64,000 nt of DNA from Okamejei kenojei (Eukaryota), in NCBI GenBank assembly GCA_035221665.1, contig CM069142.1, positions 48,856,001-48,920,000 on the forward strand. Direction: 5' to 3'. A model generated the notes under the pieces. The model made no database searches. It saw only the letters and a list, made by a program, of their open reading frames with translations, and was not told where the DNA came from. The position numbers and the translations under genes are program-made. This document shows, in pieces, positions 35,411 to 49,787 of this stretch. Numbering within the stretch: position 1 is the first letter of the stretch; every line of letters starts with the position of its first letter.

Positions 35411-37229
35411 TCGTACAATCACTTTGTACAAGAATGCTCCTGTGGATCCTGCCATTTAATGTATACCTCTCTTCATGTGCATCAGTTTCTTCCTCCATTC
35501 AAAAAGGCAAAAATGTGGGTATGTTAACTGACTGCAAATTGCCTTGAGCATATAGGTAAATGGAAGGATCTGAGGGGGACTTGGGAATATCAGGATGAAA
35601 GGGTGGAATTTGATGGGAATATTGGGAGGATGAAAGGATGGGATTGGTGGAGAATTAGTAGAGATGGGTACTTAATAGTTAGTGTGGACAAAGGGACTGT
35701 TTCATGTTGCATTATTTTAGAAGTCATCCTATTGCACTCTTTGCATGGGGATGGTGTTCCTTTAACTGATAAAAAATGAACAGAATAGCAAAATGAATGA
35801 TGTTGCTGATGATACGACTGAAATGTAAAGCTATTCATCAGTCGGTATATACACACCAAGCCTCATCATTTCAAATCCCTATGTAATTACATACTAATCT
35901 GCAGCCTGGAAACAAAACTTGTTAATGTGTCCCAGCAACCATAAAATAAACATCTTCCACTGCTTGAGGTATTTATATCTTGCCATGGTAGACTCAACAA
36001 ATTGATTTACTCTTTTAAAGCCAATTACTCATTTTCTTAATGGGAATATGAGATGGTATGGCTTCCCATTTTGTATCAAGCCCCATTTCCCTTTCCACTG
36101 GAGTCAACAAAAAGGTAAATTTAGTCAGGGCAGATTAAACACACTATTCAATCTTGTCTATTTACAACAGATCCTTGAGCGATATAGCATTTGAATAATG
36201 TTGTTGACCTAAAAGGATAAGACAAGAAGCAAGGGCACAGGTGTTTCCATGTCTGCTCATGACATTGCATTGATTAAGTATTATCAGACCTGGACTCCCA
36301 TCAGACAGTTACCACCAACTCTGCTGATAAAAGCAATTAGTTAGAAAGTAAGTTTGATGAGTGGATAATCTTTCTTTCTTTCACATATAGTATTATGTAG
36401 ATCTACCATCCCCACATGTGGTAGCTTGGTCAGTTTATGGAGTTATTTCAGCGGTTCTGGTGCTTATGTGGAACTTTTAAAAACATTTACATGTGTTTAA
36501 TATAAGTGAAGATTCATGTTATAATTCAATCGGCTTAATCTTTAAACAATGAATGTAGGAGAATCTGTGTTTGGTTGAACAAGTGGGCGGCATGATGGTG
36601 CAGCAGTAGACTTGTTGCCTTACAGCACCAGAGACTAGAGTTCGATCTGGACTCCAGGGGCTGGCCAAATGGAGTTTGTACATTCTCCTCGTGATCTGTG
36701 TACCAATTCCCTTCCTGTTAACAGGGATCCTGCTGCCCATCAGCTGAAATGACGTTGACTGAATGGGAGTAGATCCAGTAAAATTCCCAGACACACTATA
36801 ATCTCCTTCATTTATGTGACTGATCTGAGCGCTACATGTGAAACAATGAAAGCAGAAGAGCAAATAAAAGCTTTCCACCAGAGAACTGGTGTCACAAGAA
36901 TTTACAGCATTGAATTTGGCCTTTTAGCCCTAAGAGGAATATCATGGTTTCTTAACGTTTTCTCCTAACTTATCACAGTTGGCCCCAGCAATATAAATTC
37001 CTCTCATCAGTGTTTCTAACTTTCTTGCCGGAACATCCATGCTAATCATCTCAATTGCTCTACATGGTAAACATTTCACATTCTCACTACTATGAGAGTA
37101 TTGCACAGTTGTACAGTGGTGGCCCCTTGTTCAGGACTCACACATGTTAGGTTGGGTTGTTGCCATTGATTGTTGTCCAGCACTTTCTACTGGCATTCAA
37201 ATTTGTCCCACTGACATTACTTGCGATAG

Positions 37230-37720
37230 GCATGAAATGCTGCAGTATTTCAGTTGGTCAGGCAGAATCTCTGGAGAAAAGGAATAGGTAACATTTGAGG
37301 TCAAGACCCTTCATCAGATTGAGAGTCAGGGTGAGGGAAACTAGATGGATGAGAAGGTACAGAGGAAAGCAGAGTCTACATCGATGACTCAGGAAAGGTG
37401 GAGCCTACAATGGTGTATTGTTGACTGGGTATGTGGTGATAACGAAGGAATACAAATGATTAAATTAGCAAGAGGAGTAGGGTGGGGGAGGGATGAAGAG
37501 AGAGGGAATGCAAGGGTTACTTGAAGTTAGAGAAATCAATATTCACGCCGCTCGATTATAAACTGCCCAAGTGAAATATGAGGAGCTGTTCCTCAAATTT
37601 GCATGTGGCCTCACTCTGACATTGCAGGAGGCCCAGGACAGAAATCTCAGTATGGGAGTGGAAAGGGGAGTTAAAATGTTTGGTAACTGGGAGATCACGT
37701 AGGCCAAGGTGGACTGAGCA
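37230..37720 (-). mobile_element. Penelope 3' fragment
   Basis: DLPVTKHFNSPFHS..EEQLLIFHLGSL plus pLTR. Confidence 0.75.
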
Positions 37721-40085
37721 AAGGTAATCATTACTTGGGGTTTGATTTCCCAGGTGAAAAATAATGTGCTGCTTTGCCAATCAATTCTCAACTGACTAAC
37801 CTACCTTGTCCTTCCCACAGTGTTACCTTTTTTGACCTTTGCAGTAAAAGGAATGAAAAGAAACACAGTTATAAAAATGCATTATGTGAGAGTTATTGAC
37901 AAGCAGCACTCATGAATTCAGCTCACGGTATTTAATTTGGTGTGGGAGGATTTTGTATGCCGCAAATTACATTCAAAATCAGGCTGAGGGTTTCATAGAT
38001 TTAAGATAAGGTGCAATAATGTTGCCTAATTGACAAAAGATTTGGGGTTAGTTCCAAATAACTACTTTGTTTTCTAGGGTTAGAGATATATTAGGAAGTT
38101 CTGTCCCGGCATATGGATTTTCAACATGGATATTTCATGTCAAATTTGAAATAGTTCTATTCCAGAATTGTATCAAATAAATGGACGTTCCGAGACTGAG
38201 GTGAAAGATGTCGCAATTTCTGCATGCCATTTTTAGGTAATAAAACAGTGTTGCAGTTATCTCAGAAAGCTGTTAGTAAAACTCAGTAAAGGACTAAAAA
38301 TTTTAATTGCAGCTTGGTGAACAACATTGTAGGGTTTCACCGTGCATTAAACTGACACCGCTGATGTGTTGCTACTTAATGAGCAAGATGGTTTTTGCAG
38401 GCAGTTTTTAAAAGGACTGAACACTTACAAGTGACAATGAATGTATAGATGCTGCCATGATTGAGGTGGGGGGCGGGGGGGGGGGGGGGGGGGGGGGAGG
38501 GGGGTGTTTGGTGGACTGAGGACCAGGCAAGATGAAAAATAGGAAGCATGTTTGTGGTGCAGGGAGCCAAGGAAAACGTTGCAAGTTACACACACACCAC
38601 TGGCCGCGGCGAAGATTACTGAAGAGGTCTCCACAAGGACATGAATGCAGTCTGGGAACGTCTGCAAACTTAAATGCAAGAATATCTCTGTGTTGCTCCT
38701 GTGTGATAAATGAAAGGTGGATAAAGTCTCCTCTTGTTGAGTTTGGAGTTTAGACGAACTCCCTCACGTAGCAATGAGCACAAACTGCATGGAGCAGAAG
38801 CAACAACCCAGAATTATCCTGTATCTGGGGAACTGAGGCAAACATGACCCTGATCTCCATGGGCAAAACAGACCAGGAGCATCGATGAGATTACATCTGA
38901 TGTTCTGAAAAGTCACAGATCTCCATCAGGACAAATAAATCAGTTTTAGTATTAGTTCCTTAAATCACATGGTTTCAGCAGAAACTGGATTTGTAAATGC
39001 TGACGTGCATTTTGCCACGTGAACAGATACAAAATGTTGTTTTGGAGATCAATGGCATCGAAACTTTCACTACAGATCAATTTTGCTTGTTGCTGCTTAT
39101 ATTATTTGTACGAGCTTGATACCGGCAAAAGATGATAAGGAAAATGGAAATGATGCCAGAAAGGTGGATGACTTTCTCAATGGATGCTAACTCAGAAATG
39201 TGTGCAAAATTGCTTCATTCTGGATTAATCTGATTTTCAATGTCACACCATTAATTTTTTTTAAGAGTTGCACGAGTGAATCTCTAGCCCACAGTATTCC
39301 ATCTGCAACCCCACATATCTTCCTTTTAAATGTACAGTTGAATGTAGACATCTCAAAAACAGTGCCTCAAGTATGCTCCCTTGATTGACAATAGCATTCC
39401 ACTGGGGACAGGCAATATGTTTTGTAGCATTGCAGTCAGAGTAACACAATGCAGTATATTGTTAACTCGAGAAATTAACTTACCGGGTATACTTCAATTC
39501 ACCTCGTACCTCACTTGAGCTAGTGGCCTAGTACAATATTTGTGCAATGGAGTGATTAATATAAGCTATCACGAAAAATACGCTTGCCACACAATCCAAT
39601 TGTTGTTTCGAAACTCAATCCATTAATACATTAACTGAAAATAAAATGAATCAGCACTGCACAAGCAAAGAGAACAAGTGGAATCACTGTGGAATCAGAT
39701 GCACATCCTATTAGCACACAAGCAAACAATTTTCAATGGCAATTACCAAATCAACTGAGAATATACCAACACAGAGAGTTAAAGCCTAGACATTAAATGA
39801 AACATTTTTTTTAAATGGAGAGCTGATTTCTAGAAGGTAAATGTGAAGACTACACTGAAAGAGCTCATGAGGGAACAAACGTAATGCATGGTATATCTGA
39901 TACAATTGTAGATGGACATGCAAAGTACCATTTCTCTGAGGGAGGTAGACATATATGTTTCACATGTTCCCACTTTACTTCAAAAGAACATTATTTTATT
40001 GGTCAGAAAGGCTAAAAAATATTTGATGTTTGTAGCCTTTATAGTTTATTAAAGAACAGCTCTGGCAGCTAAAGATACATTTTAA

Positions 40086-40875
40086 TAGAAACATAGAAAC
40101 ATAGAAATTAGGTGCAGGAGTAGGCCATACGGCCCTTCGAGCATGCACCGCCATTCAATGTGATCATGGCTGATCATCCAACTCAGTATCCCGTACCTGC
40201 CTTTTCTCCATACCCTCCGATCCCCTTAGCCACAAGGGCCACATCTAACTCCCTCTTAAATATAGCCAATGAACTGGCCTCAACTACCCTCTGTGGCAGA
40301 GAGTTCCAGAGACTCACCACTCTCTGTGTGAAAAAAGTCTTTCTCATCTCGGTCTTAAAGGATTTCCCCCTTATCCTTAAGCTGTGACCCCTTGTCCTGG
40401 CCTTCCCCAACATCGGGAACAATCTTCCTGCATCTAGCCTATCCAACCCCTTAAGAATTTTGTAAGTTTCTATAAGATCCCCTCTCAATCTCCTAAATTC
40501 TAGAGAGTATAAACCGAGTCTATCCAGTCTTTCTTCATAAGACAGTCCTGACATCCCAGGAATCAGTCTGGTGAACCTTCTCTGCACTCCCTCTATGGCA
40601 ATAATGTCCTTCCTCAGATTTGGAGACCAAAACTGTACGCAATACTCCAGGTGTGGTCTCACCAAGACCCTGTACAACGGAAGTAGAACCTCCCTGCTCC
40701 TATACTCAAATCCTTTTGCTATGAAAGCTAACATACCATTCGCTTTTTTCACTGCCTGCTGCACCTGCATGCCTACTTTCAATGACTGGTGTACCATGAC
40801 ACCCAGGTCTCGCTGCATCTCCCCTTTTCCTAATTGGCCACCATTTAGATAATATCGGCCACCATTTAGATAATA
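40086..40875 (-). mobile_element. CR1/HER1 LINE 3' fragment with open RT C-terminus
   Basis: 211-aa ORF 40183-40818; TAGAAACA tail; 19-bp duplication GGCCACCATTTAGATAATA at the 5' junction. Confidence 0.93.
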
Positions 40876-42026
40876 ATGTTGAAGTTTGCGGCCTTAAGAG
40901 TCTAAAACAATGGATTGGACTGAATCTTTGCTTGATGGTGTATCATTTAATTAAGTCGCCATACTTACAGTCTGTTAAAATATGATTTGGACAGGTGCCA
41001 GTCCTTATTTATTATCAGAGAATTTTTGGACTGTTTTAGGAAGATATACTGAACATGAATAATTATACTTAGAATAGAATAAGCAATAAGCTTTTCAATA
41101 TATTGAATTGTGTGAGGAATGCATTTCTTGACTTTTTTGCAAAGTGCTCAAATAAAGAAATAATTGTAATAAAATTGCTGTAAATTGCCACGAGTAATTA
41201 GCATTTAATGTGGGACAAGAGTAACAGAGCTAGAAATCTCTATTAGTTATGGATGAGAAAGATGACCCCTGGAGCACTTGAGACAGGAAGCATTACTAAT
41301 AGGATGCAAGCTTAGAATGAGCAACTGCACGGATTTCTATGAATATACTAACAGGATTCGACAATTGCTGTATGATCAAGTTTTAACTGAAGTTTTAACT
41401 TTAACATATATCTTTGATGTAGTCACACCACAATGGCTTTTCATTGTGGAATACTTTTAACGTGGTATAACCTTCTAAGATCCTTCACAAAAATGTTATC
41501 ATACAAACATTTAGAGTGAACTGTCAAGTTGATCTTTAAAGAGTGATTTGAAAGGGAAAAGAGATAACAAGGTGCAGGGAAAGAATTCCAGAGCACATTC
41601 TTTGATAGCTAAAGACAAAGCCACCAGTGGTGGAGAGAATAATTAATGAACTTTGAAGAAGTCAGAATCAGAATGAAAATATCTTGAGAGGTGCAGTGCC
41701 TGGGGAGAGAAGGGAGGGGTGAAACAATGGAGGGATTTGGAAATGATGATGAAAGTTTTTTAATTGTTTAACCATTAGCAAGCAAGGGTCAGTAAGCATG
41801 GAGCTGTTGGGTGGACAGGAATTGGAGCAAGTTAAAACTAAGGAAGCTCAGACATGGATGATTTCAAGTTCACAGAACACAACAAATGAGTAAATTGGAA
41901 TTGTCAAATCTGAAGGGAACAATTTGGTGTATAAAGGAGAAACTGTTAGATTTCTCTCTGATCTGCCTTGGTTATCTGTACTATGCAGCAATAAAGTATG
42001 TTCCATACACTTAAGTGTGTAATGAC

Positions 42027-44155
42027 TCAGTTGAACAAAGGGGACTATGAAGGCATGATGGAGGAGCTGACTAAGGTAGACTGGAAAGAGATCCTAGCAG
42101 GAATGACGGTGGAACAGCAATGGCAGGAATTTCTGGGCATAATCCGGAAGACGCAGGATCATTTCATTCCAAAAAGGAAGAAAGATTCTAAGGGGAGTAG
42201 GAGGCAACTGTGGCTGACAAGAGAAGTTAGGGATAGAATAAACTAAAAGAAAAGATGTATAACACAGCAAAGAGTAGCCAGAAGCCAGAGGATTGGGAAA
42301 CTTTCATAGGGCAACAGAAGGAAACCAAATGGGCAATACGGGCTGAAAAGATGAAGTACGAGGGTAAGCTGGCCAGGAATATAAAGAAGGACAGTAAGAG
42401 CTTCTTTAGATATAGTAAGGGAAAAAGAATAGCAAAGTTAAATGTGGGTCCCTTGAAGGCAGAAATTATTATGGGGAACAAGGATATGGCAGAATAGTTG
42501 AACAGGTACTTCAGATCTGTCGTCACTAAGGTAGACACAAACAATATCCCAGATGTACTGGAGGACAGAGGATCTAAGGGGGTAGAGGAACTGAAAGAAA
42601 TTTTCATTTGGGTAGGCTAATGGGACTGAAGGATGATAAATGCCCTGGGCCTGATGGTCTGCATCCCAGGGTCCTCAGGGAGGTGCCTCAAGGACGCATT
42701 GGTGATAATTTTCCAATGTTCAATAGATTCAGGATCAGTTCCTGTGGATTGGAGGATAGCTAATGTTATCCCACTTTTCAAGAAAGGAGCGAGAGAGAAA
42801 ACGGGGAATTACAGACCAGTTAGCCTGACTTCGATGGTGGGAAAGATGCTGGAGTCAATTATTAAAGAGGTAATAATGGGGCATTTGGATAGCAGTAAAA
42901 GTATAAGTCCAAGTCAGCATGGATTTAGGAAAAGAAAATCATGCTTGACTAATCTTCTTGAATATTTTGAGGATGTGACAAGTAAAATAGATGAAGGATT
43001 GAATGCAAATGGATTTAGTGTATCTAGACTTTCAGAAAGCCTTTGATAAGGTCCCGCACGGGAGACTGGTGACTAAAATTAGAGTACATGGTATTGGGGG
43101 TAGGGTGTTGACGAGGATAGAAAATTGTTTGGCAGACCGGAAGCAAGGAGTAGGAATGAACGGGTCCTTTTCAGAATGGCAGGCAGTGGCGAGTTGAGTG
43201 CCGCAAGGCTCGGTGTTGGGGCCGCAACTATTTACCATATATATTAATGATTTGGAAGAGGGAATTAGGAGCAACGCAAGCAAGTTTGCAGATGACACAA
43301 AGCTGGATGGCAGTGTGAACTGTGAAGAGGATGTTAGGTGGTTGCAGGGTGACCTGGAAAGGTTGAGTGAGTGGGCAGATGCGTGGCAGATGCATTATAA
43401 TAAAGATAAAAGTGAGATTATCCACTTTAGCGGCAAAAACAGGAGAGCAGATTATGATCTCAATGGGGTTAGGTTAGGTAAGGGGGAGATACAGTGAGAC
43501 CTGGGTGTCCTTGTACACCAGTCATTGAAAGTTGGCGTGCAGGTACAGCAGGCAGTGAAGAAAGCGAATGGAATGTTGGCGTTCGGAACAAGAGAATTTC
43601 AGTATAGGAGTAAAAAGGTTCTTCTTAATTTGAGGAAGGACATCCTTGTGATTGAGGCAGTGCTGCATAGGTTCACGAGATTGATCCCTGGGATGGCAGG
43701 ACTGGCATATGAAAAGATTGAAAAGACTAGGCTTGTATTCACTGGAGTTTAGAAGGATAAGGGGGGATCTTATAGAAACATATAAAATTATAAAATAACT
43801 GAACAAGCTAGATGCAGGAAAATGTTTCCCAATGTTGGGCGAGTCCAGAATCAGGGGCCAGTCTTAGAATAAAGGGGAGGCCATTTAAGACTGAGGTGAG
43901 ATAAAACTTTTTCACCCAGAGAGTAGTGAATTTGTGGAATTCCCTGCCACAGAGGGAAGTGGAGGCCAAATCACTGGATAGATATAAAAGAGAGTTAGAT
44001 AGAGCTCTAGGGGCTAGTGGAATCAAGGGATATGGGGAGAAGGCAGGCACGGGTTATTGATTGGGACGATCAGCCATGATCACAATGGCGGTGCTGGCTC
44101 GAAGGGCCAAATGGCATCCTCCTGCACCTATTTTCTATGTTTCTATGTTTCTATG
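42027..44155 (+). mobile_element. CR1/HER1 LINE, 5'-truncated, ~2.1 kb, disrupted ORF2
   Basis: GNYRPVSLTS, VYLDFQKAFDKVPH, PQGSVLGPQLF, KFADDTK; (TTCTATGT)n tail. Confidence 0.95.
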
Positions 44156-45211
44156 CTTACCCAAACGTATTGCATTGCACAACAGAAGGGTGGCGAATAA
44201 ATGCTAACAAGATTCTTCTGTGAATAATTTGGGGTCACACGATTTTATTTACTTGTAACTAAATTAGATCTGTGTGCTGCATAATTAAACAATGAATTGT
44301 TTCATCAAGTCCATGATAGTTATATTTTCAGTGCAAAAAAACCCCAATTGAATTATTGGGTAATCAATTCATTAAATATCCAGGTTTCCGTTTCATTTTA
44401 TTCATTGGCAGAAAGTGTTATTAATTAAGCGTATAATTTGACGCATAACCTTGCGTTTCTTTTAAAAATCAAAGAGGATAAGGTAAAGTTTCTGATCATT
44501 CAATCAACACTCTAGTCAGGACCATAGATTATTTATAGGCCAGTTTATAGGCCAGTTCATGGTCTGACACCCCAATATTACAGGTTCATCAGGTGAGTAG
44601 GACCTTTATTTTTGGTTAATTTATTTGATCATTAAAGAATTGAGCATGTAAATTAAGTGGATTAACCACAAGGCAATTAAACTTTTGAAATATATGATAT
44701 CAACCAATTAATTTTTAGGATTGTTTGATAACCTTTAATTACTCACCAAGCAATCTCCGCGAGATCCTTGCACCGTGGTGTTCATATTCTGCTATGCGAC
44801 ATTAACGAACATTAGATGGACTTGTGGTTGATGGTAATAAATATCATTCATGTTTCACATATAATTTGCCACTTAAGCTATTGTCAAAACCTGGATTGGA
44901 AGAACAGTCTAATTCTAACCCTATCCCATTGAAGATGGTGTTTTGAGATACTCCAATGCTTACGTATGGATTAACTGGGAGCGCCTGGGTGGGAAATCAC
45001 CTCTAGCAGGTATGATGGGAATGAGATGTGCGAACCAGGGGAGGTCAGCTGTGATCTCTAATGTTGTTGCTAACTGCAAATGGGAGGAGTCAATAAACCT
45101 GAATCCCACTCTGAGGTACAAGTAGACCCAGGCCCCTCATCGTTAAGCCGTCACCCTTGCTGAAAGTGAGTTTTGCAAGAACAGTCAATGACCCATCTCA
45201 ATTGAAAAGTC

Positions 45212-45823
45212 AATAGACAATAGACAGTAGGTGCAGGAGTAGGCCATTCGGCCCTTTGAGTCAGCACCGCCATTCAATGTGATCATGGCTGATCATCCCC
45301 AATCAGTACCCTGTTCCTGCCTTCTCCCCATATCTGCTGACTCCACTATCTTTAAGAGCACTATCTTGCTCTCTCTTGACAGTATCCAGAGAACTGGCCT
45401 CCACCACCCTCTGAGGCAGAGAATTCCATAGACTCACAACTCTCTGTGTGAAAAAAGTGTTTCCTCATCCCCGTTCTAAATGGCTTTCCCCGTATTCTTA
45501 AACTGTGGCCCCTGGTTCTGGACTCCCCCAACATCGGGAACATGTTTCCTGCCTCTAGCGTGTCCAAACCCTTAATATTCTTAAATGTTTCAATAAGATC
45601 CCCTCTCATTCTTCTAAGCTCCAGAGTATACAAGCCCAGCTGCTCCATTCTCTCAACATATGACAGTCCCGCCATCCGGGAATTAACTTGTAAACCTACG
45701 CTGCACTCCCTCAACAGCAAGAATGTCCTTCCTCAAATTAGGGGACCAAACCTGTACACAATACACCAGGTGTGCTCTCACTAGGGCCTTATACAACTGC
45801 AGAAGGACCTCTTTGCTCCTACG
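45212..45823 (-). mobile_element. CR1 LINE 3' fragment
   Basis: GLYTLELRRMRGDLIE..GESRTRGHSL; CAATAGA-repeat tail. Confidence 0.88.
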
Positions 45824-48731
45824 AGTCAATGACATTCACCAGGAAGGCTTACATTTTGGCACTATGTCAGAGGGTGGAACCACTTGTGAATAAACTGCTG
45901 TCTTTGACCATGGTGGGTGGATGGAGAGAATTCAATTTGGTGCTCAGGAAGCTACAATATATATGGGCTTTCCTTCTGAGCTCTGTTCCTTTCTCCAGAG
46001 GTGGGGCAGCATTGTATTTTTGTTCCTTCTTTGTACTGGTTTTGCAGTTAGCAACAACAATTTACTCTTACAGGCATTTTTCGGAACAAATGCACCTGTG
46101 GATGCTTGGATTTTTCTAAAACTAACTTCAGGTGTTTGTTACTCAGTTTCACTTTGAGCTGAAAGTTATTCTTGTTTGAAGTGGATGTAATAATTTTTTT
46201 CCAAACATAACTCAATTTCAGTTGAAAAAAAACTAAATTATAAACTTTATTTGCAGTATCACAGCACAATGAATTAGTGTATGAGCAAGACTGATTATTC
46301 ACTTTGAAGTGCCCAGAATGATTAGAATGAAAAAGGGTTTATGAAAAAGGGCGAATGAAAAAGCCCACAGACCACGTATTCGATTCACAATCCCTTGTCC
46401 ACCTAATGCCCAATTATCTTCCTCAGTAAGATCTATTGGCACAATTTAAACCTCAATCTATAATTTTTATTCCAATCTTACTATCACGCAAATCTAACAT
46501 AATCCATTCCCAAAGGTAGCCACTAACAAAATAAGTTATTCAGGGCTACTGTTATTAAGATAATATATATAATGTGCAATAATTTCAATCAGAGAAGTAT
46601 TTTGCATCGATCTGCTGATAAATCTACTTTTATCGACCACACATACAAAACAAATCAGAAAACATAATATATTTTATCAGAACAATAATTAAGTGAATAA
46701 GATTTATCAGCACATCAGCACACAAATTCAAAAGCCACCACCACAATTTAAGAATTTGAATTCATTTTTTGAAATGATGACTGATATCGAAAAGTGTGAA
46801 ATTAAAGCTGTTTAATTATTCAACTGTTTATTTACCCCCCCCCGAGAGGAAGGAAACAACCTTCTCCATTCAGTTTGACCTCGGTGTAATCCCACAACAA
46901 TTTGTTTGAAGACATCTAATAAGCTATTCTGTTGCATCAAACCGGTACAAAGAATATCACACCAACAATAGACCCACCACCAACTCTTCAGGAACAATTG
47001 GGATGGGTGATGAATGCCAGTATTGCCAGCAATGCCCACATCTTGAGAATTAATTACAAAAGTGTTTCTGTTTTTAAAGCCAATGGTAAAGGATTCATCA
47101 ACAACATCAAAATGAAATGTCATTGTGGCCCCAAGAGTTGGCAGGCAGCAGTAACTGGGGTCCTTCTTCCTAATATGTTGCTCCAAACCCAGGTACAAGC
47201 ACTCCACACATGACGTGAATTCCAAGTGGGATTTTGACAGCATTCCTAGATGTTTCTGAAATGAAGACACAAATCAATGATGCACCTGGACTTGGAGCTA
47301 CTATTATTCTCCCCCAGTACACTGGTGGAAATCAAGACCCTTTAAAGATTTTCTGCAAAGCTTGACTTGTTTGAGAATCTTATCATATGCTGTACTGCAC
47401 TAGGAGATGAGAGGCTAAAATCTGTGTTCTTAATCTTTGGTTGAGTCTCAGTCGAAAGGGATGACTGAATTTTTGGATTGAAATACATGGGAATGATGGG
47501 GTAAGCTGGAGATGGTGGGAAAGAAACGCATTGATGGGTAACTCCAGTACAGGCCAGGAAAACAAACCATCAATGACACAGTGAGTCTCTCACTACAGAT
47601 GAAACTGGTGAAAATTACTTTATTAAATTAACTTCCTTTCGCGCACTGCTATTATATCTTTCTAATTGTTTTTACAGTTTTCTCCTATCTCTCTTTGACA
47701 GTCTTCTTCTTGTGTATGGCATGCACAGCCTAAAGTTGTAGATCAAGGGTAGACATCCAGGCCAGCATCAGTTACTGGGTGATGCCCCCAGGGAAAAGCC
47801 TCAGAGGGCAGTCATTCACGATGTGTGGGATGGTCTGGTCTGGATGTCCACAGTCACAAACAGGGCTTTGACAGTGAAGAAGCTAGTCATGACATTTTAG
47901 ATGGTGACAATGGCAGAAGAAGACATCCTGTTACAGTTGGAATATACTCGTGACTGGCAATCAGTGACAATAAGGGAGAGCAGTCGAGAAGGAACATTTG
48001 ATTTATTCCGGCTAATAATCATTGCCTTTGAAGGTTATCACTAGTATGAGGAAATTGTATCATCACATTGTTTCAAAATGAGTTGTTTGAACAAAGGAAC
48101 TAAATGTGCAGATGTGCAAGATTTTGAACATTTATAGATGTGCGTTCAACTTTCAATCCTCCAGAATGTATAGTTGAGGACAAGGGTATGGTGTGGAAAG
48201 AGAAGGGTAATTAATAAAAAGAAAGACTGAGCTTTAATTTTAATTATTTATTTTTGAACTGAGATCTTGTTGATGCAAGAGATGAAAAGCAAGTGCATCA
48301 AATGGCCATTTGATGTCTATTTCAAGATATTGTCGGGAATATTAGAAGCAGGTTCCAGGAGAAAGAAGTGGGGACAAAATGACGTGTTCTCAGACACTGA
48401 ACACCGTTTGAGCTGTGTGGATATTTTAACAAAATCTTACCTAATGCGCAGATACTGACTTAATACATTAAACATTGAAAACTATGGTATAATATTTTCA
48501 CATAATCTGATTCTCACAGTTGGTCTTAGTTGAGGGCTGGGCTGGGAATTCTTCACTTTCTTCTGATCTCTCTAGTTAACAATGTAAAGGAAACTTTCAA
48601 AGTTATTAATTGTTTCATTGCTGTTCTTACTGGACTGGCCCCTAACATATCTTTGCACAAGACCTTTATGGGTGATTGAGAAAAGTTAAAGCTAGAAGGC
48701 TCCCACAGTAGATGTAATCATTCCTCCTTAC

Positions 48732-48767
48732 CTGAACGTTTGAAACGCGATTTGAAACAATTTGCAC
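48732..48767 (-). CDS. 36-nt phase-1 exon (G)ANCFKSRFKRS with furin-like RxKR motif
   Basis: Acceptor TCTGATCTTTTAG|, donor CAG|GTAAGG; open in the frame leaving the PTX exon. Confidence 0.6.
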
Positions 48768-49787
48768 CTAAAAGATCAGAATTTCATCAATATTCAGTTT
48801 CACCTAAATAAGCAAACACTGGGAAACGTTCAAAAGAAGAACTGCACTTACGTATATTAACCACTTGGACATAGGTTGCAATTCTGAACCATCAAAATCA
48901 GTGAAAGTTTATTTTACAAAGACATTTTGAAAAGTTGATGCATTCCAAATGAGAACCAGGCATACAGGCAGGTATGTATATCGCACAGTAAGAATTCAAA
49001 TCTAGAAAGGTATACTGATAAAGCAAAGCAGCTTTTTTGAAGCAAGGGGCCAACATTGGAGAATAATGCATTTTTAAACACTATTACCTTAAGTATAAAT
49101 GAATGGCACCTGGACATATGTAAAAAGAAAACTGATAGCGAAATAAAGTGGAAACAGATATGAGAAAGATTCATCCATATACCATGGAGAGCTTTATGAA
49201 GAACTTAGTAATCAATTACATTTTCTCACCCTTGCTTCTTCTCCATTGATTTCCTTCCCAATAAAAATCTTTAATTCTCATATTAATCGGCACACAGTCT
49301 CCACACAGGAGATTTCCAAACACTTTTTACTGGCTACTTCAAGATGTGCACCATACATAATGTCTGAACCACAGAAAGGTATCCTTGGTGCAAATCATAA
49401 ATATACAACCAGACCATAAAAATATGCTTAAATAACCACTGAGCACCTACCTGCCAGGCAAGGCACACTATCTGTCTACCTCTGGACCATTTGAACAAGC
49501 TGGTATTGTCTGGTTTACAAGCCCAGTCATGAATGAGTGTAATTTCATATTTTAAAAGGTTGCAGTTGTTTATTGTCAAAGATTACTGTAAGGAATAAAT
49601 ATGGCATCTAAATGAAATGAGGGTTAAGACTTAGACTCAACAGAGATAAGTGTAATAAAATTTCACTCACCTCCTCTTAGTTACTATTTTTGCACTGGAA
49701 GTTACAGATTGTCTTTTGTTCAGCCTATTGATAGGTTACAAGGATTACCCCTTAATCTGCCCATTTAATGGATGCAGTGATACTTAC

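Noticed and set aside
40969-40971. 3-nt micro-exon TTTTAACAG|ACT|GTAAGT
   Set aside because: Cannot be distinguished from chance without RNA data.
49671-49724. 54-nt exon after the PTX exon
   Set aside because: Open only in phase 2; joined to the phase-1 PTX exon it gives an immediate TGA, and the intron would be only 63 nt.
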